Assembly (NCBI GenBank): GCA_030390025.1
Contig: CM059431.1
Location: forward strand, 122,886,001 to 122,950,000
Length of the DNA: 64,000 nucleotides
From: Squalus acanthias
Lineage: Eukaryota
Reading direction: 5' to 3'
A model generated the notes under the pieces. The model worked only from the letters and a program-made list of their open reading frames with translations. It searched no databases and was not told the origin of the DNA. Below are positions 12,863 to 24,558 of this stretch, in pieces. How positions within the stretch are numbered: position 1 is the stretch's first letter; every line of letters starts with the position of its first letter. The translations under genes were made by a program, and so were the position numbers.

Positions 12863-14023
12863 CTAGAAGCGGCTTGCTATCAGCCGTTGACGGACGGCCC
12901 TTGCAGTTTCACCATTGTGGGCCGCCCTTCCGCCTTGGTGCTGCTGATGATCATCCTCCTCGTCCTCTTCCTCCTCTTCCTCCTCCTCCTCTGGTGGTGC
13001 TCCAAGGCCTGGTGGCATTGGCTGGGTCCTGACGATTGCCATGTTATGCAACATGCAGCACACAACTACGAAGTTGGATACTCGCTCAGGCGAGTACTGC
13101 AGGGCTCCTCCAGAATGGTCGAGACAGCGGAACCATTGCTTCAGCACGCCGATTGTGCGCTCAATGATGTTCCTGGTAGCTTGATGGCTCTCGTTGTACC
13201 GCAGCTCAGCAGGGGTGTTGGGCGTACGGAGCGGTGTCATCAGCCAGGTGCTCAATGGATACCCCTTGTCCCCGAGAAGCCAACCAACTGGCTGATGCGG
13301 TGCCTTGAAAAGTTCTGCCACAGTAGCCTGGCGCAGGATGAAAGCATTGTGGCAGCTGCCAGGATAGTGGGCATTGACAGCGAGTATCAGCTGTCTGTGG
13401 TCACAGACCAACTGAACATTCAAGGAATGGAACCCCTTTCTGTTCCGGAAATCCTCGGCATTCTCATGTGGAGCACGCAAAGCCACATGTGTGCAGTCAA
13501 TGGCGCCCTGCACCATGGGGAAGCCCGCTATCCTCGCAAAGCCCAGAGCGCGGTCACGCTTCTTGTCTAGGGTCATGGGGAAAGAGATGAACTCTCATCT
13601 CCTTTTAAAGAGGGCATTTGTGACCTGCCGGATGCAGCAATGCACCGCGAACTGGGAGATATTGGCGAGGTCCCCAGCAGCAGCTTGAAATGAGCCAGTA
13701 GCATAGAAGTTGAGAGCCACTGTGACCTTCACTGCCACCGACAGAGACGTCCTGGACCTCAGTTGAGGCTGCAGATCTGGCTGCAGCAGGTGGCAGAGCT
13801 CAGTGACCACCTCCTTGCTGAATTGCAGCCTTCGCAAACACAGCTCCTCAGACATATGAATGTAGGAGAGCTGTTCACGATATACCCTGGGAGGGTAAGC
13901 TCTCCTGTACATACGCCTGTTGGCCCTCCTCCGTCTGGCCATCATTGCCACTCTCTCTCTGCGTCTCTGTGTCCTCCGATTCAGCTGGAGCAGGACGACG
14001 CCCCCAATCAGTGCAGCCCCCAT
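12863..14023 (-). pseudogene. Harbinger DDE transposase (HARBI1-like, DDE_Tnp_4), 386 codons with one in-frame stop
   Basis: ORFs 13595-14092 and 12863-13576 share a frame, separated by TGA at 13595-13597. Motifs GAIDCTH, NRKGFHS.NVQLVCD, GDKGY, IERTIG, CC.LHN, acidic tail. Confidence 0.95.
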
Positions 14024-14764
14024 AGTCTCTTTGCAAGCAAAATTATGAAGGACAGCAACCAAAGTACCAGCGAAGTTAGGATCAGTAGGCAAAACTACCT
14101 CACAAAGCGTTGACTCAATGCAGAAGTTTCTCTTTCTCTCTCTCCGAATCTCTCTCTCTCTCTCAGAACGAGTGGTGCAAAAATGTCAACCACAGAAAAA
14201 GACAGGAAGAGGCCCCCTTTAAATAGCGCCCCCCCCCCCCCCCCCCCCAGCCCCACAGCGACTGATAGCGTTCCAGTCTTCCGGTCGTTGGATGCGCCAG
14301 GCGGTAAGGCAGGGGGCGCCACTCAATTTCCGCTCCGGGGCGCCACAAGGGCGTTGCACCATGGAATGACGTCACAATCTACGCGCGCAGGTGGTCGCAG
14401 CGGTAAAGTTTAGCGCCGCCGCACAATGTCTAGTTAAGTTCCCGAGCGGCGCAAACATCGTTGCGCCCGGGCGCTAGCGGCTTTGCGCCCCATTAGCGCC
14501 CTCTTAAGGCGCTAACGGGAGGCGCAACCAAATGAATTTTTCCCCCTTAAAACCCAAGCTCATTAGCGTTACACTCAAAGGGTGGACCAATAGCAGGTGC
14601 AGTCTAATCGCAAGTCATGTTTGCCACAGGCTATTTTCATTACTTAAAGGGGAGGTTAATTGATGCTGCAGCACCTCATTCTCAGCATTGCTGGCTGTGC
14701 AGCTGCCTCAGCAAGCAGAAGCAGGACAAGGAGAAGGAGCCAGAGGACTGAACCAGGTGTACTC

Positions 14765-16794
14765 ATGGCAGATCCACGCCCCAGGGAGAGAGCCCGCAGA
14801 TTCTGCGATGAATCATTGGAGGCATTGGTTTTCGCTGTGGAGAGACGGAGGGTGGTGCTCTACCTGGAAAGTGGCAGGAAGCCCTTGCCACAAGTCTTTT
14901 GCACCAGGTGGAGGAAGGTAGCCCAGCACATCTCGGGCAGCACTGTGGTCCCCAGGACCCACACACAGTGCAGGAAGAAATTTTATGACCTCACTAGGGT
15001 GTTCAGGTTGAGTGAATGCTTCAACAAATGCTACATACCACCATCTGAGCCACAATCTTCACAGACTGCCCAAAGCAGCACACCCCTAGCACTCACCCAC
15101 CAACAATCTCTACCTAGCAACACTCACACCCACATCTCCCACCTTGCACACAATGGCAGCTATTCAACTATGGCAGGCACACCACCTAAACACTTTGCTC
15201 CACACTCACTCACACACTTTCCTTTCTCTTGCAGGCTAAGGTGACTCACAAAAGGAGTGAGCAGGAGCACACAGGCAGGGGACAAGCTGACACCCAAGTA
15301 CTGTCTGCACTGGAGAATCGAGTGCTGCAGATTATTGGGCACCAGGTGGTGGGCGCCGTGGCCACTGGCGACATTGACCCCCTTGGGGAAAACAATGGTA
15401 TGTTAATCCCTATTCCTTCTTTTCTCATCCCACTTCCTCCTCATCTCACAAGCCTTTCACACTTTCCAGCTAATCATGCGGTCTGCATGCATTGCTCCCT
15501 TCCTGCCCCCTGACCCTCACCTTAACCCGACTCTTGCGCCTTTATGCTTTCAGATAATCAGCAAGCACCTGAGCAGCCTATCCCTGAGGGCACCATAGAG
15601 AGCGAGGCAGGAGAAGTGGAGGAGGAAGAACACACCGAGTCACTGCATGTCTCACCTGCAGACACCAGCTCAGATACTGGCACTACACGTTCTTTCGAGG
15701 CTAGTATAGTAGCAGGTTCTGCACAGGGTGAGGCACCGGGGACGAGTGGGCTGCAGCAAGGCCAGGGGGAAAGGGTAACTCGGAGGCCCGCTCCCCGGAG
15801 GGCAAGTTCCCGCTCGAGTTCTGCTGCACAGGACTCAGATGAGGACCTCGATGGGGAAGACGTTTAGAAAAAAAGAAAAAAAGGAAGACTTGCATTTATA
15901 TAGCGCCTTTCACAACTACCGGACATCTCAAAGCACTTTACAGCCAATTAAGTACTTTTGGAGAGTGTAGTCACTGTTGTAATGTGGATAACGCAGAAGG
16001 GTGATGGGCATGTACACGGAGGTAATAGATGCAATGGCAAGGGTGCCGCCTCTCGGTAATGGAAAGGAGCATGGAGGAGTCCGCCTCCAACATTGCACAA
16101 GGTTCTGTGCAGACCATGGAGCCCATCATTTCCAGTCTGCAAAGAATGGTAGACTTCCAGAGAGTCCGTGGCGACCCAGACCTGATGCCGTGTGTAATGG
16201 GTGATCTGGCAGCTTCCATTGCAGCACAGGTGGAAACGATGCAACGTCTTAGTGCTGTAATGCAGTCTATGCTTGGTGGCATCCGATCTCAGACTGCTCT
16301 CATGCAGTCTCAGAATGATGCCACGCAAGCTCTGACAGCTGCCATCGTGGCTGGATCTACCACTGTCAACCGGGGATTTTACAGTGTTGCAGCAGGCCAG
16401 CAATCTGTGCTCCAACAGATTGCTGGGGAACCTGAGGTGCTGCCCCGGGGGCGGGGGGTGGGGGGTAAGGGTTGAGAGTGGGTCATTGGAGCAGGAACCA
16501 GCTGTCCTCTCTCAGGATGACAGCATTCCTGCTCCCACCACTGCCACTCTGCCATTGCCCTTGTCGCTGCCTGTCATCCAGCCAGCCCAGACTGCTGCCG
16601 CCCATGCTGAGGTGGTGCAGTCTACAGCCGGGCCTTCCAGGCCCAGAGCAAGGCCATCTGAAGTCTCCCGCACGGACACTTAGCAACCTTCCACCAGCCC
16701 TGCTGCAGCCAGTGGGCCAACACTTCATAGGAGCACTAGAGTAGGCAAAGGCTCAGTAACAATAGGCATTAATGGATTGCACAAGGGTGAATAG
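14765..16794 (+). pseudogene. Myb/SANT-like gene of H2 (mutated donor, SINE insertion, frameshifts)
   Basis: MADPRPRERARRF..W..VAQ..QCRKKF. Exon 2 15235-15397, exon 3 from 15554. C-terminal part homologous to the H3 Myb protein. Confidence 0.85.
15866..15986 (-). mobile_element. 3' tail of a Deu/SacSINE1-type SINE or partner LINE
   Basis: Reverse strand GTGACTACAC..AAAAGTACTTAATTGGCTGTAAAG..GTGAAAGGCGCTATATAAATGCAAGTCT plus T-rich tail. Same tail at 42742. Confidence 0.7.
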
Positions 16795-16958
16795 TTAACA
16801 TTTTTGGTGTAAATATGTGTTCACTGATTTTTGATAAATTTATTAATTCAGTTTGGGTTCTTTTGTGGAGTCTCTCATTTCAGCTTTTCGCTGTGCTATG
16901 GCCTGCAACAAGGATGGAATGATGGGATGTGGTGAGCAACGGGGATCTAGGGTTTAAT

Positions 16959-17940
16959 TCATTCGAACCGCAGTCTGATGAGGCGGGCACAGACCACCCT
17001 ACTGGAAGGCTGTTTGAGTGGCTGCCTCCTCCCTCGCTCCTGTTCCTCCTCTTCCTCCCCCTCCTCCTTCTCATCTTCCTCTTCCTCCTCATCCTCCTCC
17101 TCCTCTCCCTCTGCCTCCTCCTGAGGTGATCCCACAATCCATGATGACAAGGGCTGGGCCCTCATGATGGCCAAGTTGTGGAGCAAGCAGCAGACCAGCA
17201 CAAAATGGGACACCCGCTCAGCCGCGTGCTGGAGGGCTCCTCCCGAGCAGTCAAGGCAGCGGAACCGTTGCTTCAGCATGCCGATGGTCTGCTCAATGAT
17301 GTTCCTGGTGGCAGCATGGCTCTCATTATATGAGTGCTGGGCAGGAGTGCTGGGGTTGCAGAGTGGCATCATGAGCCAGCTGGAGAGCAGATAACCCTTG
17401 TCTCCGAGCAGGCAGCCGCGAGCTTGACGTGTTGGCTGGAAGAGTACTGGCACAGGATGAAGGCATTGTGGCTACTGCCAGGATAGCAGGCATTGATGGT
17501 GAGGATTTGTGATGCGTGGTCACACACCAACTGCACATTAAGCGAGTGGTAGCCTTTGCAGTTACGGAAGATCTCAGGATTGTTATGTGGTGCCTGCAAA
17601 GCATGACAATCCTGAGATGGGTGCAGTCAGTGACGCCTTGCACCATGGGGAATCCCGCTATGCTGGCAAAGCCACATGCACGCTCATCCTGCTTCTCTCT
17701 TGTGATGGGGAAGGAAATGTAGTCCCTTCTCCTACTGTAGAGAGCCTTTGTGACCTCTTGGATGCAGCAATGAACGGCGAACTGTGAGTTGTTAGCTATA
17801 TCTCCTGTTGCAGACTGGAAGGATCCGCTGGCAAAGAAATTGAAGGAGACGGTGTCCTTGACTGCCACTGGGAGAGCCATGGTCACCCAGGTCTGAGGCT
17901 GGATGTCTGGTTGCAGGAGGTGGCAGTGTTCTGTGACCTT
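16959..17940 (-). pseudogene. Harbinger transposase of H2, frameshifted and 5'-truncated
   Basis: [41 protein letters not shown], acidic tail. Confidence 0.9.
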
Positions 17941-17944
17941 AGTG

Positions 17945-20450
17945 AAGGTTAGTATTAGAAAGGCTGGCTGTACTTAAAGTAGTTAAGTCACCAGGAGCGG
18001 ATGGGATGCATCCTAGGATGATGAGGGAATTGAGGGAGGAAATCGCGGAGGTACTGGCCATAATCTTTCAATCTTCCTTAGATACGGGGGTGGTGCCAGA
18101 GGACTGCAGAATTGCAAATTATACACCATTGTTCAAAAAAGGATGTAAATATAAACCCAGCAACTACAGACCAGTCAGTTTGACTTCAGTAGTGGGGAAG
18201 CTTTTAGAAACAGTAATCAGGGACAAAATTAACAGGCACTTGGACAAGTGTGGATTAATTAAGGAAAGCCAGCATGGATTTGTTAAAGGCAAATCCTGTT
18301 TAACTAACTTGATTGAGTTCTTTGATAAGGTAACAGAGAGGGTTGATGAGGGTAATGCAGTTGACATAGTGTACATGGATTTCCAAAAGGCATTCGACAA
18401 AGTGCTACATAATAGGCTTGCCTGCAAAGTTGAATCCCATGGAATAAAAGGAATAGTGGCAGTATGGATACGGAATTGGCTAAGTGATAGGAAACAGAGA
18501 GTAGTGGTGAACAGTTATTTTTCATACTGGAGGAAGTTATAAAGTGGTGTTCCCCAGGGGTTGGGACCTGTTTTTCTTGATATATATTAATGACTTGAAT
18601 GTGGGTGTACAGGGCACAATTTCAAAATTTGCAGATGACACAAAACTTGGAAGTATAATGAACAGTGAGGAGGAGAGTGATCGACTTCAGGAAGACATAG
18701 ACAGGCTGGTAAAATGGGCGGACACGTGGCAGATGAAATTTAATGCAGAAAAGTGTGAAGTAATACATTTTGGTAGAAAGAACGAGGAGAGTCAATATAA
18801 ACTAAATGGTACAATCCTGAAGGGGGTGCACGAACAGAGAGACCTGTGCACAAATTGTTGAAGGTGGCAGGGCAGGTTGGGAAAGCAGTTAAAAAGGCTT
18901 GCAGGATCCTGGGCTTCATGAATAGAGTTATAGGGGGAAAAATTCAGTTGGCTGCGCCTCCTGTTAGCGCCTTAAGAGGGCGCTAATGGGGCACAAAGCA
19001 TCTAGTGCCCAGGCGCGCCGATGTTTGCGCCGCTCGCGAAATTAACTAGACATTTTGCGGCAGCGCTAAACACTACCGCCACGATCTCCTGCGACGGCAG
19101 ATCATGACGTCAGTGGAGTGCGCAACGCCCCGGTATCGCCCCAGAGCAGATATTGAGTGGTGCCCCCTGCCTTACCGCCTGACGCTAGCAACGACAGGTT
19201 GGGGGGAGCGAATTGCAGTCATGAAGGGACTGGGGGAGCGCTATTTAAAGGCGACCGCTTCCTGCCTTTTATTGTTGGTGCCATTTTTGAACCACGCATT
19301 CTGAGAGAGAGAGAGAGAGACTTCTGGAGAAATTCAACGCTGTGTGAAGGAGTTTTAGGTACTGAGCAGCACTTTGCAGGTTCATTTTGATTTGCCATTC
19401 CTTGTATCGATTTAGAAGAGACTGTAGGGGCTGCACTCTAAGCTCTTTCCCTGCACTCTCCATTGTTCTTTCCAGCAGATTTGATGTGCAGGTCTCTCCA
19501 GGCAGAGATTCAAGGCTGCAATGAGCAGGATGTGGATGGAAAGCAAGATCAACCATCCCCTTTAAGAACTGGCCGGTGCCATTGTGTGTGTGTTCCATTG
19601 CTGACTGACATCACATGAGCTTCGCCAGCGCTCTGAGGTAGCGCCTCGCTCCTCGGCCTTTGCGCCTTAAGACAGGTGTGAAGCGCCTGATTTAGCGCTC
19701 CAATCACCTCCAGGGGCGATAAAAGTCAAGTTTGCAGTCGGTGGCGATAATTAGCGCCAGGCGCTAATCTTTGCGCCCGGCCAATAATTGCGCCCCAAAC
19801 GGGGCGATACTGAATTTCTCCCCCATAGAGTACAAAAGTGTGGAAATTATGACAAACCTGTATAAAACACTCTTTCGACCCCAACTGGAGAACTGTGTCT
19901 AATTCTGGGCACCACACTTTAGGAAGGGTGTGAAGGCCTTAGAGAGGGTGCAGAAAAGATTTACGAGAATGATTCCAGGAATGAGGGACTTCAGTTACGT
20001 TGATAGACTGGAGAAGCTGGGGTTGTTCTCCTTGGAGCAGAGAAGGTTAAGAGGAGATTTGATAGAGGTGTTCAAAATCATGAGGGGTCTGGACAGAGTA
20101 GATAGAGGGAAATTGTTCCCATTGGCAGAAGGGTCGAGAACCAGAGGACACAGATTTAAAGTGATTGGCAAAAGAACCAAAGGCGGCGTAAGAATAAACA
20201 TTTTTATCGCAGCGAGTGGTTAGGATCTGGAATGCACTGCCTGAAAGGGTGGTGGAGACAAATTCAATTGCAGCTTTCAAAAGGGAGTTGGATTAGTATC
20301 TGAAGGAAAGAAATTTGCAGGGCTACGGGGAAAGGGCAGGGCAGTGGGACTAGCTGAAGTGCTCTTGAAGAGAGCCAACATGGGCTTGACAGGCCGAATG
20401 GCCTTCTTCCATGCTGTAACCATTCTATGATTCTATGATTCTATTCTATG
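17945..20450 (+). mobile_element. 5'-truncated CR1 LINE (RT and 3' UTR) interrupted by a MITE
   Basis: [39 protein letters not shown]. Tail (ATTCTATG)n at ~20422-20450. Confidence 0.95.
18933..19824 (-). mobile_element. Non-autonomous internal-deletion derivative of the H3 family (892 bp)
   Basis: TIRs GGGGGAAAAATTCAG and GGGGGAGAAATTCAG, TSD ATA/ATA. Ends match both H3 termini in inverted orientation. CR1 is restored when it is removed. Confidence 0.9.
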
Positions 20451-21235
20451 ACATTCAGGCTTGGGCTGATAAGTGGCAAGTAACAATCGCGCCAAACAAG
20501 TGCTAGGTAATGACTATCTGCAACAAGCAAGTGTCTAACCACTGCCCTTTGACATTCAACGGCATTACCATCGCCGAGTCCACCACCGTCAACATCTTGG
20601 GGGTCACCATTGACCAGAAACTTAACTGGACCAGCCACATAAATACTGTGGCAACAAGAGCATGTCAGAGGCTAGGTATTCTGCGGTGAGTGCCTCACCT
20701 CCTGACTCCCCAAAGTCTTCCCACCATCTACAAGGCACAAGTAAGGAGCGTGATGGAATACTCTCCACTTGCCTGGATGAGTGCAGCTCCAACAACACTC
20801 ATGAAGCTCGACACCATCCATCCACCACCTTAAATATTCACTCCCTCCACCACCGGTGCACGGTGGCTGCAGTGTGAACCATATACAAGATACACTGCAG
20901 CAACTTGCCAAGGCTTCTTCGACAGCACCTCCGAAACCTGCGACCTCTACCATCTAGAAGGACAAGGGTAGTAGGCACATGGGAACACCATCACCTGCAA
21001 GTTTCCCTCCAAGCCACACACCATCCTGACTTGGAAGTATATCGCCGTTCCTTCATCGTCGCTGGGTCAAAATCCTGGAACTCACTCCCTAACAGCACTT
21101 CGGGAGTACCTTCACCACACGGACTGCAGCGGTTCAAGAAGGCGGTTCACCACCACCTTCTCAAGGGCAATTAGGGATGGGCAATAAAAACTGGCCTTGC
21201 CAGCGACGCCCACACCCCGGGAACAAATAAAAAAA
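20451..21235 (+). mobile_element. 3' fragment of the same LINE family as 3632-6460
   Basis: Collinear with ~5585-6460, ending GCCAGCGACGCCCACACCCCGGGAACAAATAAAAAA. Confidence 0.9.
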
Positions 21236-21699
21236 GAGTACTTGAAGACTGACCAATTAAATCATTCCAATGATTTCTTTACATTGTTTTCAGCCACAAC
21301 TCATCGGAATATGAAAAAGGAGGTTATCTCAATTACAGTCGGCTGTACGCAGTGTGATTAAACAATATATCGTATTGTGTGACCTTTTAATTTCCACATA
21401 ACCCTTTTAAACAAAAACACCAAAGGTTACACTGTGAGGTCCAATTCATTGGTGTGAGGTTTATCCTATTAAATACTGCTGGCACCATTTATAACTGTGT
21501 TTCATTTATTCTTGACAACTGCGCTTGGTAAATTATTTTCTCAAATAATTGCCACCTCCATCCACCTCTGCACATCTCTCAAAATGACACAGTTTGTCCT
21601 TGGAGCAAAATCACTGAGGTGTGATTAATGTCTGGTGGAGTTAGTCGCCTTGCTTGGTCTTATATTTATAATTATCAGTATAACAGGGCTTGTGAACAA

Positions 21700-22020
21700 C
21701 CAATGGCTGCGATATCGGGTGGGAAACCGGGAAGCAGTTACTTCTGCGTTTGCTGTCGAATGCGCAGGAGCGGGCATGGTGCGGACCCACATGATGCGAT
21801 CTCAACTGGAGTATTTAAAGGGTTGATCCGAGGATGGAATTTGGAGGAGGTAGGAGTTGCTGCAAGACGAGGGAGGAGTGCTGTAATGGATTCCGGACAG
21901 TCACGGGCTGCACCAAGATTTAATGACGCATCCCTTAATGTACTGCTGGGTGCAGTGAGGTGTAGGAGAGAGATCCTCTTCCCCAGCAACAGGAGGAAGA
22001 AACCAGCTGCAGCTACAGCT
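21700..22020 (+). pseudogene. Isolated Harbinger Myb exon-1 fragment with upstream region
   Basis: MDSGQSRAAPRFNDASL..L..AVR.RREILFPSNRRK at ~21886-22017. Confidence 0.7.
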
Positions 22021-22154
22021 GGAGTAATTTTGTATTTTATAAAAGGAGGCTAATATGATTGATGAAAACTATTGAAAGTAAAAGCATTGGGCACAGTGGA
22101 AAATGCAAATAAAATGAAAAAATAAATAAACACTGCATTGGACTTATTGAGGTA

Positions 22155-22775
22155 GGGCCGTATATTCCGATGCCTACGGTGTGTACGGGCTGTCAAACCA
22201 CCCGTAGGGACATCGGAAATGCCGGTTTCAGGCATGCGAAGCGCATGCGCTGAAAACCGATATTTCCGGTCTATCCGGTCTGCCTGCATAAGAGTTGAAA
22301 AATGTAAAAAAAAAATGTCACTGATTTATAATTTTAAAATACTTTAAAAAAAGATAAGTTTATTTTTAGCCCTGTAAAAAACTTTAATAATTTTTTTCAA
22401 AAAATTCAATTTTTGTTTAAAATAGTTAATTTATTGTAATTTCAACTCATTTTAAAAATGTGATTTTTAAAAAATATGTATTTAATGTTTTACAGTATTT
22501 TGGGGGTCATCTCCATTCATATATTTGACACGTCTATCTGTCAAGTGTATGAAGGGAGATTCCCTTCTCCTATTAGCTTCCCATGGCCCACAGGATCCCA
22601 GGGACGCTTGCGAACTGCATGCGCCTCTGGGATACGTGGGCCCTGCCCATTTCGAGTTTGGAGAGTCCCAGGAGCAGAAGTATATGCACTTCGGGAGCCC
22701 TCAGGTAAGTCCGTAGATTTTTTCCAGATCGGAGGCCTCCGCACACGGGAAGCCTCCGATCGGAATATACGAGCC
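22155..22775. mobile_element. Harbinger-type MITE (621 bp) with AT-rich core
   Basis: TIRs GGGCCGTATATTCCGAT and GGCTCGTATATTCCGAT (15/17), TSD GTA/GTA. Confidence 0.85.
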
Positions 22776-22984
22776 GTAGATTTTCACCACATGGGTAGTA
22801 ATCTGGCAAAGTGAATCATCCATACATTGTAGAACCTGCTCCATTTTCATTCCATTCATCTCAATGAAAACCAGATGAATTATATAGCTCCACCAGATTA
22901 CCCCTCATGTAGTCAAGACAAAAATTTACCCACTGTGCTACTTTCTGTCATAGGTCAAATCTCGAGGCGCTTTGGAGGGTAGTA

Positions 22985-23163
22985 GTGAAATTCATCTTGG
23001 GCTGTTGCACAAATGAATGTGATGGTGAATCAGCAGCCTGTTTTACGCTCCACCTGGTTTCCTTTTCCATTCAGGTCAATGGAAAAGGAAATCAATGCGA
23101 GTGTAAAACGGACTGCAAATTCGCTATCTCCCATTTTGCTCTACCGCTTAAGATGAATTTCAC
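22985..23163. mobile_element. Small old MITE
   Basis: 14-bp perfect inverted repeat GTGAAATTCATCTT / AAGATGAATTTCAC. Confidence 0.5.
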
Positions 23164-24558
23164 CTCCAGTATGTTTTAAATGAAGCAAATCATATCAAAA
23201 CTTCATATTTAGAACTTTTTGTGCTCGAATCAGATTTCAAATCACCATTGAGTTTTGATATTAGTAAGCTATTAACTAGAATAAGTAGGATTATTTGTAG
23301 TATCATTGGTAATGCACTTAAAACATTTGATTGCTACAAGATTTCTAAATGTATACATCCTTTAATTTAACTAGCCACCAAAAACAATTGTAAAATTTCA
23401 AAGGATGAATAATGATTTAAAGTACTACAAGACAAATTTGCCTATAAAAATAATGGCCGGAATTTTCCTGTTGCCGTGCGTGTGAGTTTGGAGGTGGGTC
23501 GGCTGTAAAAATGGCAAAAATAGGCAGCACATCGTCATCCCGCCTCGTCGCGCCTTTAACTCGGGCGCGTTTGCCAGTGCACCACGGACCCGATCGGGAG
23601 AGTCGGGCGACCTAATTAAAGTAATTAAATCCTTATTATCAGAACCTTAACAGAGTTTTTTAAGTGCAGCTTCTGAATTTAATGGCATGAGCACGGGAAG
23701 CACACAGCTCGTGAAGAGGAGGCGGAAGTTCAGTGGCCATTGTGCGAGGGCAATAATTGACAGCTGGGAATACCAGATAAATAGACACACCTTACATCTC
23801 ATTAGTTTCCTAAGGGAAAGGCAGTTGATGACTCAATTCTGTGCACAGATTTAGGTTTCTGGAGTTTGCAGGTCATTTCTGCAAACTCGGAAGCGACTCT
23901 CACCACATTGCTACTGAGTATTAGAACATTGGCCCTCTGATTGCTACTTAACCTGCCATCTAGGACATCAGCATTGGTGCTGCTTATACTGTCTCACTGT
24001 GGTCCTCAGATTCGGCCCAAGGTGAGCACCACCACCAACAACACCAGCCACACCAGCAGCAACCACAACAGCAGCCTTCTCCTCAACGACATGATGCTCC
24101 ACAGGAGAGAGGGGGCACCACAGGGCTGAAGCGCACTGGAGGCAATACTCCCAACACAGGGTATACAGGCAGAGGATGAGCTTCCCGGACATGACTGAGC
24201 AGCAGTGCTTCAGGAGGCTCAGGCTATTGCACCAGATCATTGCAGACATTTGTAGCTTGCTAGAACAAGACCTGCTGCCCAGGGGTCCTGTAGGACACTC
24301 CTTATCAGTGGCAGGCAAAGTCACCACCGCCCTCAATTTCTTCACCTCAGGCTCCTTCTAGGGATTTGCAGCAGACATTTGCAGGCTCTCCCAGTCGGCC
24401 GCCTAAAGATACATCACACAGGTCACCGATGCCATATTTCACAAGTCAACCAATTATATCAACTTTGCAATTGATGACGCTAGTGTTAGTGAGCGGGCAC
24501 TCGGCTTTGCGGCTCTGGCTGACTTCCCACAGGTGCAGGGCGTCATCGACTGCACACA

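Larger units (their letters stand above)
10319..14546 (+). mobile_element. Full-length PIF/Harbinger transposon H3 (4228 bp)
   Basis: TIR GGGGGAAAAATT at both ends, TSD TTA/TTA, convergent Myb-like and DDE transposase genes. Confidence 0.95.
9399..17940 (+). mobile_element. Harbinger H2, hosting two younger Harbinger insertions; right part truncated by CR1
   Basis: TIR-like GGGCTAGAAATTCG at 9399. After removing 9523-10295 and 10319-14546 the sequence leads into a Myb gene (14765) and a convergent transposase. Confidence 0.65.

Noticed and set aside
12758..13570. 270-aa plus-strand ORF with hydrophobic stretch
   Set aside because: Antisense shadow of the transposase. The Leu/Phe run mirrors its acidic tract.
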